Below are positions 12,248 to 22,944 of a DNA stretch of 64,000 bases, in pieces (the first letter of the stretch is position 1; each line of letters begins with the position of its first letter). The position numbers were made by a program, and so were the translations under genes. The notes beneath the pieces were generated by a model, which was not told the origin of the DNA, ran no database searches, and worked only from the letters and a program-made list of their open reading frames with translations. Source of the DNA: Emiliania huxleyi CCMP1516 (lineage: Eukaryota); assembly GCF_000372725.1 (NCBI RefSeq), contig NW_005201202.1:248001-312000 (forward strand), read 5' to 3'.

Positions 12248-14926
12248 CTACTGGTCCAAGGGAAGCGTCTCGAGGTACCGAAACACGATGTCACCTGTGG
12301 CGGGGTTGGTTGCGCTCGGCACGGCGTACAGGTCTGTGATGCGCAGCAGCGCCTCGAACGCGCGCTGCTCCGCCTGGTAGTCGCGCAATATGACAGCGGC
12401 TCGCACTCTCGACCGGCTGACGAGGTCGCCCAGCTCCATGGCGCCCCCGAGGAAGGGCTCCTGCACCGTGTGCATAAAGGTGAGGCCCGTGGCCTCGTAG
12501 ATGTCCTGCGCAATGTCGGACGGCCCGATGAGCTCCTCCTGGTGGCGGAGGAGGTAGTCCTTGTTAAGGATGATCAGGTCGAACAACGCCGCTTTCGCCC
12601 GCGGCGTGTTGTCGCAGGTAACGATGATGTACTTGCGGTTGAGCTCGCTCACCTTGTCGACGTCGCGGCCCTGCAGGATCATCAGCCCCAGCCACAGGTT
12701 GATCCGCGCGTAAAAGTCCGGGTTCCGCCGCCGGATGCGCAGCAGCTCCTTGCGGCTCAGCAAGGCGACACGCGAGTGTCTCGCCGCCTCTGCGCCCAGC
12801 TGCCAGCTGCTGATCGGCTTCTCGAGCATGACCTGGCTCTGCCCGTGCATGTCGCCAGCCCCGATCGTGAGCAAGACCTGAGGCTCCGCATGGCCCTCCT
12901 CGTCGCCATCGGCCTCTCCGTCTCCTCCGTCCTGCTCGATCCACCGACCATCGACCCGCACGGTGCGCGTGAGCCGCGGCCGCGCCCGCACGAGCTCGAC
13001 GCGGCCCCGCAGCACGACAAAGGCGCTGTCCGCCACCTCGCCCTCTCGGAAGAGTTGCGCGCCGCGCGGCAGCTCCACCAGCTGCAGCGTCTCCGCCAAC
13101 AGCTCGAGCTCGGCGGGCGAGAAGGTCTTGGAGATGCTCTCGTGCACGCGCAGCTCGGCCACGAGGTCCTCCACGCGGCAGTCCACGACGCGGGCGCCGC
13201 TGCTCCGGGGTGAGGCTGAGCACGAGAGGCCGAGCTCAGTCGGCGCGCGAGAGGCGCCGCTGCTGCCCCAGGCACTGGCGCCGCCGCTGCTCCCGCCACT
13301 GATGGGGGGGAGAGACGGCGGCGGTGGCGTCGATGGCGGCGGAGGTGCGGAGCCAGACACATCGAGAGCAACCTGCTCGTGGCCGCGCGCCGAGGGGCTC
13401 TGACGGACCGCACCCGTCGAGCCCTGCATCATGATGGACTTTGTGGGCTTACGAGCCAGCCGGCGCACGAGCTCGTTGGATGGCATTTGCGGGTCCTTGA
13501 GCTCGCTCACTAGCTGGGTGGGCAGCGTCTCGTTGACGCGGATGATTCCCTGGCGGAGGTCCATCAGGTCGGCCGTGTACTTGATCACGGCAGCCGCGGT
13601 GACCGCGTTCGTGGCGTGGGGAACGTTGCGGACGTCGCAGAGCTGGCAGAGCGCCTCGATGTCGGAGTAGTGGCACTGGATCGAGAGCGAGTCCTTGAAA
13701 AAGAAGACGGCGTCGACGAGATCGTGCGCGATGAGCGCGCCGAGGCACTGGTCGCCGCCGAGCGGCCCACTTGGCAGTTTGTACGATGACCGGAGGCTGC
13801 ACTTCTCGAGCAGCATGGCGCAGGTGGTCGACGTGCCCGTAAGCTTGCAGCGGGCCAGCGTCTCTCGGTTCGCGAGGCAGAAGTCCTGCAGCGCCGTCTT
13901 CTTTGCGTCGTGCGCGACGAGCGCAACGAAGGGCCCCTCCACCCTCGTCGAGGAGACGGGCTGGTAGTTTGCCTCCGTGATCGACCGCGCGATGCAGCGC
14001 GCGACGAAGGCATCCATGAGCCGCTGGTACTCGCCCGGCGCGAGGAGGTTGAGCACCTCCAGCTGCTGGAGGGTGGTGACCAGCATTGTGCCGGGGGAGC
14101 GGACATACACGTCGTCCTCGATGCGCCCGTTGCGGGTGACGGCGACGATCGCCTCGCCCAGGGTGTCGTCCTTTGCCAACGAGTAGAGCGGGGTCGAGCC
14201 GTGCTTGATGGTGAGAGCGCCGCTGACGATGACGCCCACGAATCCAGCGTCATCGCCGCGGCGCAGGATCGGTTCGTCGCTGCAATCGAGCCCACCGCCC
14301 GGGGTGCCAAACTCGCACAGAGCGAAGCGGGCCGCGAGCACGGGTATCGCGCTCTGCCCAACCTGCGTCGTGAAGAAGTCGATCTGGTGCATGGCGTCCA
14401 CGATCGCGGCGGTGGAGCGGTCGACGCCCTGTGTCGAGCCAAACCTGAGCGGGTTGAAAAACGGGGCCGGGCCGACATGCTCCTGCGACGCTGCTGGCTG
14501 CAGCAGCTCGTCGGGCGTCCAACTGCAGCTCGTTTTCTGCGCCGTATGGAGGAGCGCCTGAAGCGGTTCTGGCGACTCTGCGTGTCTCGATCGCCGCAAG
14601 GTCGAGGTGCCGCTGGGAGAAGAGCCACTCTGCCGCACAGGAGCGGAGCCGCAACTCTGCCAAGGAGTCGAGATGCCGCTCTGCCGAGGAACCGGCCGCA
14701 CAGGAGCCGAGCTGCCGCCCGGCCGCACAGGAGTCGAGCTGCCGCCCGGCCGCACAGGGTTCGAGCTGCCGCCCGGCCGCACAGGGTTCGAGCTGCCGCT
14801 CGAGCTGAACTTCTCGTCAGCCACAAGCTCGGCGACAGAGAGGACGCCGCCGCTGATCGGCGACTTATGTTCTGACTGCCTCTTATTGGCAGAGTGACGG
14901 CTAGGGTATTGGCCCATTTCGGGCAC
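12248..14926 (-). CDS. tandem [cyclic-nucleotide-binding domain + methylglyoxal synthase (MGS) domain] x2 protein
   Basis: Intronless 892 aa. MGS1 (~13570-13930) ALVAHDAKK..TGTSTT..SGPLGGDQ..FFFKD..CHYSDIEAL..CDVRNVPHATN aligns to bacterial MgsA motifs. CNB1 (~13990-14400) ILRRGD..GVIVSG..LGE..R. CNB2 (~12700-13140) LFREGE.ADSAFVVLRGRVE. MGS2 (~12260-12640) is degenerate: FLGGAME..ALLRITDLYAVPSATN. Confidence 0.88.
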   Translation of the reverse strand: MPEMGQYPSRHSANKRQSEHKSPISGGVLSVAELVADEKFSSSGSSNPVRPGGSSNPVRPGGSSTPVRPGGSSAPVRPVPRQSGISTPWQSCGSAPVRQSGSSPSGTSTLRRSRHAESPEPLQALLHTAQKTSCSWTPDELLQPAASQEHVGPAPFFNPLRFGSTQGVDRSTAAIVDAMHQIDFFTTQVGQSAIPVLAARFALCEFGTPGGGLDCSDEPILRRGDDAGFVGVIVSGALTIKHGSTPLYSLAKDDTLGEAIVAVTRNGRIEDDVYVRSPGTMLVTTLQQLEVLNLLAPGEYQRLMDAFVARCIARSITEANYQPVSSTRVEGPFVALVAHDAKKTALQDFCLANRETLARCKLTGTSTTCAMLLEKCSLRSSYKLPSGPLGGDQCLGALIAHDLVDAVFFFKDSLSIQCHYSDIEALCQLCDVRNVPHATNAVTAAAVIKYTADLMDLRQGIIRVNETLPTQLVSELKDPQMPSNELVRRLARKPTKSIMMQGSTGAVRQSPSARGHEQVALDVSGSAPPPPSTPPPPSLPPISGGSSGGASAWGSSGASRAPTELGLSCSASPRSSGARVVDCRVEDLVAELRVHESISKTFSPAELELLAETLQLVELPRGAQLFREGEVADSAFVVLRGRVELVRARPRLTRTVRVDGRWIEQDGGDGEADGDEEGHAEPQVLLTIGAGDMHGQSQVMLEKPISSWQLGAEAARHSRVALLSRKELLRIRRRNPDFYARINLWLGLMILQGRDVDKVSELNRKYIIVTCDNTPRAKAALFDLIILNKDYLLRHQEELIGPSDIAQDIYEATGLTFMHTVQEPFLGGAMELGDLVSRSRVRAAVILRDYQAEQRAFEALLRITDLYAVPSATNPATGDIVFRYLETLPLDQ
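14620..14805. repeat. 27-bp in-frame coding minisatellite (PVRPGGSSN-type units)
   Basis: About four GCCGCACAGG(G/A)..CGAGCTGCCGCCCG units plus a degenerate copy. Confidence 0.85.
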
Positions 14927-15338
14927 TCCTGCCTGGCGGGCTGGTCACTGTCTGGCGCCGAGCGCCCGTTTACTATACCGGGCTCTCCTGTTGAAGACCG
15001 AGAGGACTGCCGCCGCGACCGTGGCGCGATGATCCTGCTTCTCGGGTTTCCAATCTCCGACGCGAGTTTTTTCTTGCGCGTCCGCTCGGCCTCTGGAAGA
15101 TCCCGGTCCTTGTTAGCCCTCAGCCGAAGCTGGGGCCGGTCCCGTAGCCGAGAGAGCCCGCGCCGATGAGTTCGACGCGGTCGGGGGGCCTTGCGGAGAG
15201 GCCAGCGAGGTGGCGATCGCTGTACTTCATGGTGTCATCAAGTGACCGGCTGACAAGCCAGAGGTCGATACTCTGGACGACCCATAGGATGCCACGTGGG
15301 CGTAGCCGACCACTCGACACCGCTCTCGCCTGCTCTCT

Positions 15339-15380
15339 AAAAGAAAGAAAGAAACGGACAACCCAAGGGAGTGATGGGAG
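15339..15380 (+). repeat. dispersed ~42-bp (GAAA)n-GACAACCCAAGGGAG(G/T)GATGGGA motif upstream of FANCD2
   Basis: Near-identical copies at 36433-36473 (+) and 55365-55407 (-). Confidence 0.75.
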
Positions 15381-15478
15381 GACGGCACGCCGCCACCTCT
15401 ATGTGTACGGTTTCTTTTATCCTATAAACTCCCGCGCCTTTTGCCGACAGGCGGCTCCAGCAACCACTGGACCCGCTG

Positions 15479-18400
15479 ATGTCCAAGCGGGCGCCATCTG
15501 AGAACCGCGCCCCATCAAATCGGCCGGCGAAGCGCGGCGCCGCCAAGGCGGGTCTCGACGAGCTGCTGGCCGCGGCAGGCGCCAGCCGCCAGCCCGGCGA
15601 GGGCGGCGGCTGGGTGATAGCGGACACATTCCGCTTCCGGCAGCAGATCACGCGCGAGGCGGAGGCGGACGGGTTCAAGGAGGAGCTGCTCGCGGCGCTG
15701 TCCGACGAGTGCTTCGACCCGGCGCGACTCGTCGCCCTCCTCCGCCCGACGGCCGGCGCCGCCGCCGTCTCGTCGAACGACTCCATCGTGCGGCTGCTTC
15801 TGCACGTCGACAGCCTGCAGCCCGACATCGCCTCGAGCCTGATGCAGCTGCTGCCCGAGTACCAGGGCGAGGAGGCCTCCGACGCCATGACCACCACCCG
15901 GCTCATCCTCTCCCAGTTCCGCTGGCTCGAACACATCGTCGACGGCGCCGCGCTCGTCGGCGCTGCGTCCGAAATGATGCAGGCGCGCGCGCGCGCGCGC
16001 GCAGCCCGGCCGCGCTCCCGGCGAGACGCCGCGCGCGCGCGCGCGTTGCTCTGGCCGCTCGCCAGCCCGCCGCCCCTCGCCCCTCGCCCCTCGCCGCCGA
16101 GGCGCGTGCGCCTGGCGGCCGCCGCTGCACAGCCGCCGCTGCAAAAGCCGCCCCCGCCTCGCCTCCCCTCGCCTCCGCCCCTAAGCCCTCCACCGCACAC
16201 CCCCCCGCCGCCGTCGCCTTCTCCGCCAGCAGCCTCGCCTCCGCCGCCCTCGCCTCCGCCCGCCCTCCCCTTCGCCCTCGCCCACGCCACCTCCCTCCCC
16301 CACCTCGCCCCGCCCCGCCACAGGTGGCAGACGCGCCTCTGAAGCGGGAGCTGCTTCTCGTCCTCCCCGACCTCGTTCAGGACGGGCAGCACGCCGCCGC
16401 CGCCGACACGCTGCGCTCGGTCCGCGCCTCGAGCGCCACACTTCCGAGACGCTTCCCACACACCGAGCCACCCTCCCCGTTCCAGCCCCCCACGCAACCA
16501 CACCATCGGCCGTCCACTCCCGCGAGAGGGGGGCGAGGTGCGAGAGCTGGCGAGAGGCGCCAGTGCTGGCGCACGGATCGGTGGAGGGAGGAGAGCGAGG
16601 GAGGCGCGGGAGCGAGGCGGGCGCGTGTCGGAAAGGCGGAGCGTATTGGAGTCTCGGAGGTGTCTCGGACGGCGGAAGTGTCGCCGAAGTGTCGCGTCCC
16701 ACCCCCCTGCGTGCAGGTGCTCGGCGAGGACACTCAGTTCCTCGCGTCGGTGCTCGACGCGTTTGGCTCGCTCGTGCTCGAGCCCGACGCCCTCGCCGAG
16801 GTGTGCGCGAGTGTGATGGACGCCGTCGCTGGCGCAAACGTCGACGCGCCTAGATGCGGAAAGCGATGCGGAAACAGCTGCCGTCACTCTGGCAGGCACT
16901 CGAGGACGCGGTGTTCAGAGTGTCCTCATGCCCGCCGTCCGCTGCATGCGTCGCCCTTGTACTCACACCTCCCCACGCGCGTCTGCGCGCAGGTCGAGGA
17001 CCTTCCCGTCGTCGTCCGCTTCCTGCTCCAGCACATGACCAAGGACAGCGCAAAGGCGACGGTGGCGGCGCTGCGGACGGGCATGCAGCTCGACCTGCTG
17101 CGCGGCGGCGACGCGGCGGCGGGCGGCGGCGAGGCGAGCGGCGAGGCGCTCGTGCTCGACGCGCTGACGACGGCGATGCGGCTGCGCAAGGACGTGGCGG
17201 TGCTGGTCGTCAAGCACCTCGGCGGCATCGCCGCCGCGGCCGACCACACACCCGTCGACGCGTGGCTCCTCTGCGCGGCATACACGGCCTCCGCGGCGAC
17301 CGAGCGCAAGAAGGTGCTCAAGCTCGTGCTCGACAAGGCGTGCGGCCGCCTCCTCTCGGCCGCGCTGCTCCGCGCCGCCATCGCGGGCCACGGTGTCGCC
17401 CTCGCGCCCCACTTCGCGACGCTGCTCGAGCTGGCGACCGTGCTGCTGCAGCAAAAGGGCAAGCGCGCGGCCGTCGAGGCGGGCAGCGACCTGTACTGCC
17501 TCGCGTTCGACGAGTTTGCCGACGTCTTCAAGCGGCAGGAGCTGCTCTCGCGCGTGATGGCGCACGTCGGCTCTGGCGCCGACGCGGAGGTGGAGGCCGC
17601 GCTGCGCGTGCTCGTGCGCCTCGCCTCTGCCGACGCGGTCGCGGTGCGCCACTTCGCGCCCTTCCTGACGTACGTGCTCGACTACCTGTCCAGCCTCTCC
17701 GTCGTGCAGGCCCGGCTCGCCTTCGAGCTCTTCGCGCGGCTGGCGTACGACGGCGCGCCCGACTGCGCCTCCCGCCTCACCGACGAGCTCCTCATCACGA
17801 TCCGCAAGCAGCTCTCCTCCTCGACGCCGCACTACAAGTGCCTCGGCCTCCTCGGCGGCTGCACGATGCTGCACCGCCTCGGCGTGCAGGACGCCGCCGC
17901 TGCCGCCGACGGCGAGGGCGTCTCGGCGACGCAGCCGCCGCCGCCGAGCCAGGCGCGCGGCAGCCAGGCAGCGGCGTCGCAAAAGCCGCTCAGCGCGCGC
18001 ATGCAGGAGGCGCACTCGCTCTTCGCGATGATGTGCGGCCACTCCGCCTCCGCCGACGGCACGTTCGCCTTCCTGCTGCACGAGCTGTCGCACTTGGTCG
18101 CAGCGCGCGGCGCGGCGGACGCCCTCTCCCGGCCGCTCCTCGAGCTGGTCATCGACAAGGTCACCTCCAACTTCGAGTCGCGCTACCTCGTCGATGCGGC
18201 CGAGGCGCTGCAGGAGAACGCAAAGGTGCGCGGGCTCCAGCCGAAGCTGGCGCTCGACATCGACCGCGCCGGCGAGGAGGGCATCGCCGTCCGGATCGCG
18301 CCGATGCTCGCCCACTCTGACGAGGCGGCTGCCCTGCAGCGCCACGCCCTCTCGACGCTCTCGGCCAACTTCCAGCTGCTGCGGCTGTGCGAGGCGGCGA

Positions 18401-20713
18401 CGTCGGAGGACGGCGAGTCGCTCGAGGCGGTGGACGCGGTGCTCGGCGCGCCGCTCGTGCTCTTCGAGCCGCGTCTGATCGGCGAGCGGCTCGAGGCCTT
18501 CCGCGACCTCCCAGCCGACACGCGCGAGGCCGCCTGCCTCGCGCTCTTCTACGCGGTCGACTGGATCCGCGAGCTGCTCAACGGCTTCTGCACGCAGCGC
18601 GACCCCGAGATGCGCGCCAAGGTGGTGCTGCGCGCCACGCAGCTCGCCGCGCTCGAGGGTCCCTCGCTCGGTCCGCGTCTCGGCCCACAGAGCCTCTTGC
18701 AGAGCCGCCCGGCGCCGCCTTCCGTAGGCGTGCTCGACGCGCTCCTCGGCGAGACGCCTCACTTCCGGCTGCCCGGCATCATCTGGGACTCGCGCGCGGC
18801 GGCGGCCAAGGCCAAGGCGGCGGCAACCAAGAAGCCGGCAGTGGCCAAGAAGGCGGCGGCGGGCAAGGCCAAGCCGGCCTCCAAGGCTGCGGGCAAGAAG
18901 CCAGCAGCGGCGGGCAAGGGCAAGTCTGCGGCGGGCAAGGGGAGAGGCAAGAAGAAGTCGGCGGTCTCGGATGTCGACTCGTCGGGCGACGAGGACGGCG
19001 ACGAGCCGGCGGGCGCCGGCGAGGAGGAGGAGGAGGAGGAGGAGCCGGCCCCGGAGCCGGCGGCGGCGGGCGGCGCGGGCAGCAGCAGCGCCGCGGCCAC
19101 AAAGAAAAAGGCAAAGGCGTCGCCGTCGTCCGTGCTGGCGCGGCCGAACCTCGCGCGCGTCTCGCCGCATCTGCGTGGCATCTCCATCCACACGAGCCTC
19201 ATCCTCACCTACGGTCTGAGACCTCACGCGACCTCACGCGACCTCGCGCGACCTCGCGCGACCTCACGAGACCACCCTGAGACACCCGAGACCACCCCGA
19301 GATCACCCGAGATGGCCTCCTCCGAGCCCCAGCCTTGTGTCCGCCCGTAGCAGCCGCCAGAGACTTCATCCCCAACGCCCACGTCTGCACGCGCCGAGAG
19401 CTCCGGCTCATCTCGCGCCCGCCGCCGCCCCGCAGGCTCGGGCCACATGCGCAAGGAGGTCGACACTCGCGACGAGACGGTCGCTCTCAACAAGGCAGAG
19501 CCCACCGCGATCTCCGACGCACCCCACGCGAACTCACGCGACCTCCCCCCCCGGCCCTAGGTCGAGCTCACCGCGGGCGCGACCCACCTCCTCCTCGCGC
19601 AGCTCCTCGCAAAGGTGCAAGCCGCCATCTCCTCTGGCGGCGCGAGGACGTCGCCCGCAAAGGCGGCCGGCGGCCGGCGCGCCATCGCCGTGCAGGACCT
19701 GTCGAGCATGGAGCTCTCGCTGCTCGACGCGCCGAAGCTGCTCGCTGCGCTCAAGCCGGTCCTCCTCTCCTTCCGCGAGCTCCTCGAGACGCTCGGCGAG
19801 CGGCTGCGCGGCGCGGACGGCGCGCCGCCCGCTGAGCCCTCGAGACGCGCCACGAGCACGACTCGTCCACGGACGCGTCCGCGGCTCGTCCCCTTAGGCG
19901 TGCCGCCGCCCGACGAGGCCGAGCACGAGACGACCCTCATCGAGGCGTTCGAGGGGTCGGAGCTGAGCGAGTCGCGCGCGGCGCGCGGCGAGTTCACGCA
20001 CTCCTCCTTCGTGCTCATGCTCCGTGTGCTGCAGGCGCTGCTCGCCCCCAGGCGAGCTGCCGACACCGTCCGTGACACCGTCCGTGACGCGTCCGGCTGA
20101 CTCGTGCGGCAGGAGCTGCTCGCGTGGGACCAGCTGCGTGACGCCGCCGCCGAGGCGGACTGCTCGACGTGCTCGCCTACTTTAATGGAGGATTCATAGT
20201 CAGTAATTGATTACTAGGCGGACCTGCTCGACGTGCTCGCCTACTTTGGCTCGCACGGCTCGCTCTCGTCGCAGGCGCCCCCCTCCGCCGCCGCCGCCGC
20301 CGCGTCCGGCCGCGCCAAGGCGGAGACGTGCGCCGGCGCCTTTGACTTCTTCGAGACGCTGCGGCAGGGCGTGGGCTCCGCGTCGCTGCTCGCCGAGATC
20401 CTCGACGTGCAAGCCGCCATCGTCAAGCTGCAGGGCCGCCTCACCAAGGCCGTGCCGACGCCGGCCCAGCGGCAGGCCAAGCTCGCCGAGTGCGCGGAGC
20501 ACATCCTGCTGCGGCCCGACGGGCGCCTCAAGGGGGACAAGCTGCTGGCGCCCACCCTCAAGACGATCCTCGAGTGCCAGGCGGCGCACACCGACAAGCC
20601 GCGCGAGCTGATCCGCACGTGCGCCGAAGAGTGGCTCTCGAGCCTCGAGGACGACCCAAAGGCGGACCCGAGGAGCAGCCCTTCCTCACCCTCACCCTCT
20701 CCCTCACCCTCAC

Positions 20714-20772
<59 letters not shown>

Positions 20773-20779
20773 GCCCTCG

Positions 20780-20834
<55 letters not shown>

Positions 20835-22311
20835 GCGCAAGGCGGACCCGCCCGAGGAGCAACCCTTCCTCTCCCTCAAGACGGCACCGCAGTACCTCCG
20901 CACCATGTTCGGCCTGCTGCGCCGCGAGTGCGCCGCGCTCGACGGCGGCACCAAGGTGCGCACCCATACCCGTCCTCGCCCTCCTCGCCCGCTCCTCGCC
21001 CTCCTCGCCCTCCTCAATCCTCGTCTCCTTGTCGCTCCTCGTCGCTTCTCTCCCTCCTCTCCCCTCCTCCCCCTCCTCCCCACCTCCCCTCCTCCCCTCC
21101 TCCCCTCCTCTGTCTCCCTCCCAAAGTTCCCTCCCTCCCCTCCCTCACCCTCTCCCCACCCGCCGCCCCCGCCCTCCGCCCCTAGGCGCCGCTCGAGGAC
21201 CACGCAGACCTCTCGGCGGCGGCGGTGACGGCGGAGCTCAAGGAGCTCGTCGAGCTCTTCTCCTCGCTCGCGCAGGCGATGCGCGGCACCCACATCTCGT
21301 CGATCAACATCGTCACGCTGCGCGAGTCGGCGCTCTTGAACGGCTGCGCTTCAACGGCCGCGGCGCGAGAGCGTCTCTTCACGGCTTTTGCTGTGAACAG
21401 GCGGTCTTCCTCGCGTGGTTCAACTCCCGCGCGCTGCCCTTCATCTCGTCGCAGTTCATCGGCCAGCACGGCGAGATGATCACCCTCCTCAAGGCCATCC
21501 AGCCGACCACGCGGATGCTGCAGGCGAGCGCTGCCCCGTCGCCCCCCCCCCCCCCCTCGCGACGCCTGTCTCTGGCTGCACAGGCGCTCTGTGTGGACGT
21601 CAAGGCGAGGCTCGAGACCGGCTGCTTGACACCTGCGAGCACGCTCAAGCGCGAGCTCGAGAGCCTCGTCCTCCAAGTCAAGGCGCGGCGCCTGCATCGC
21701 CTCCCGGGCTTGTTCGCGCCGATGGCCGCCAAGGGACCGTCCGCCCGCCCTCCCCCTTTCCGCAGGTGATGCTGCAGAAGAATGGCTGCCGCGAGGCCTT
21801 CTGGGTCGGCAACCTCAAGCACAAGAACTCGAGCGGCGTCGAGGCGCGTCCCTCTCCCTCCCCTCCCCGCCCTGAGACACAGCCAGAGACTCGGCGTGCT
21901 CTAACTTGTTGCAGGTGAGCTCGCAAATGTACGTCGAGGCCAAGAAGGGGCTCAAGAAGGCGGGCACGCCCAAGAAGAAGAAGAAGGTGAAGAAGAAGAA
22001 GGCGGACGACGACGAAGACGAGCCTGTCGACGTCGATGCCGACGACGAGGAGGAGGACGGCGATGCGATGGCAGTGGACGGCGGCGGCACCAGCGATGCC
22101 GACGAGGTGCCCCACAAATCTTCGCCCTCCCCATTACTCACCCTCTCCCCATCCGCAACCCTCACCGCCACCCCACTCTTCCCAACCGTCATCGCCATAG
22201 CCACCCTCGCCCCAGGAGGACGAGGACGAGGAGGGCGAGGAGGACGAGGAGGACGAGGAGGAGGACGAGGACGGATACCCTGCAAGCATGGTGGCCTCTG
22301 ACGAGGAGTGA
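15479..22311 (+). CDS. FANCD2: Fanconi anemia group D2 protein, multi-exon
   Basis: Motifs SIVRLLL.VDSLQP, LILSQFRWLEHIVD, KRELLLVLPDLV, EDLPVVVRFLL, the monoubiquitination-site motif IRKQLSS (Lys codon 17806-17808), LFYAVDWIRELLNGF and C-terminal AFWVGNLKHKN..EVSSQ. Acidic tail ends at TGA 22309-22311. Many introns; some internal boundaries are approximate. Confidence 0.9.
20686..20833. repeat. (CCCTCA)n telomere-variant array within a FANCD2 intron (20662-20841)
   Basis: More than 20 tandem CCCTCA units, one base from the TTAGGG/CCCTAA telomeric repeat. Confidence 0.9.
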
Positions 22312-22944
22312 GAGCGCTTTGAGCCCAAGAAGGGCTCAAGTCACCCGAGGGCCGCGGCTGGTGGGTGCTTTGCTGCGCGATTCCAAGGGGCGAACTGAAC
22401 ATTCGAAAGAGAGAAGACCGTACGTATGTGTCTGTGCGCGGATTACACTGCGTCACTGAGTCTCGACAGTGGAGCGTGGTCCTCCGTGGAGCCTCGTGCA
22501 CAGAGAACACACCGCTGTACGTAGTCGTATCCACAAGCAGAGGGGGTCGTACTCGAAGGGGTGACGCACGCCTGTTTACGGAGGAGAGCTTCTTGAAACC
22601 TCTCAGAGCCGACACTGCAGAATCGAGATAGCCCAAGCTGATATACGCGATACATTGCATGCACATGTACATGTACATGTGCACGCTACAACAATCAACA
22701 AACAATATGGTACATCGCGACATCAAATGAATAGACATCGCATGAATGAACCTTCCTCGAAACAACAGTCTCATCGGAGACGGAGTCAGTGAGACAGTGT
22801 CTGTCTCTGTCGGCCCCCTCCGGCCCTGCGCTTCGCTTTGCATTTTGCCGCACCAAAACAACCTCTGACGCTAATTTGAGTACTTGCACCGCCTGCAAGA
22901 GTGGCCAAGACGGCGCGCAAGTCGGCGCGCCGCCCGTCGGACAC

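Noticed and set aside
16963..19227. Long antisense ORFs (also 629-1795, 12221-13213 and 59492-60892)
   Set aside because: Shadow ORFs opposite real genes, expected with high GC3.
15709..19350. 1213-aa ORF as a single-exon gene
   Set aside because: Read-through of GC-rich FANCD2 introns; only parts of it are coding.
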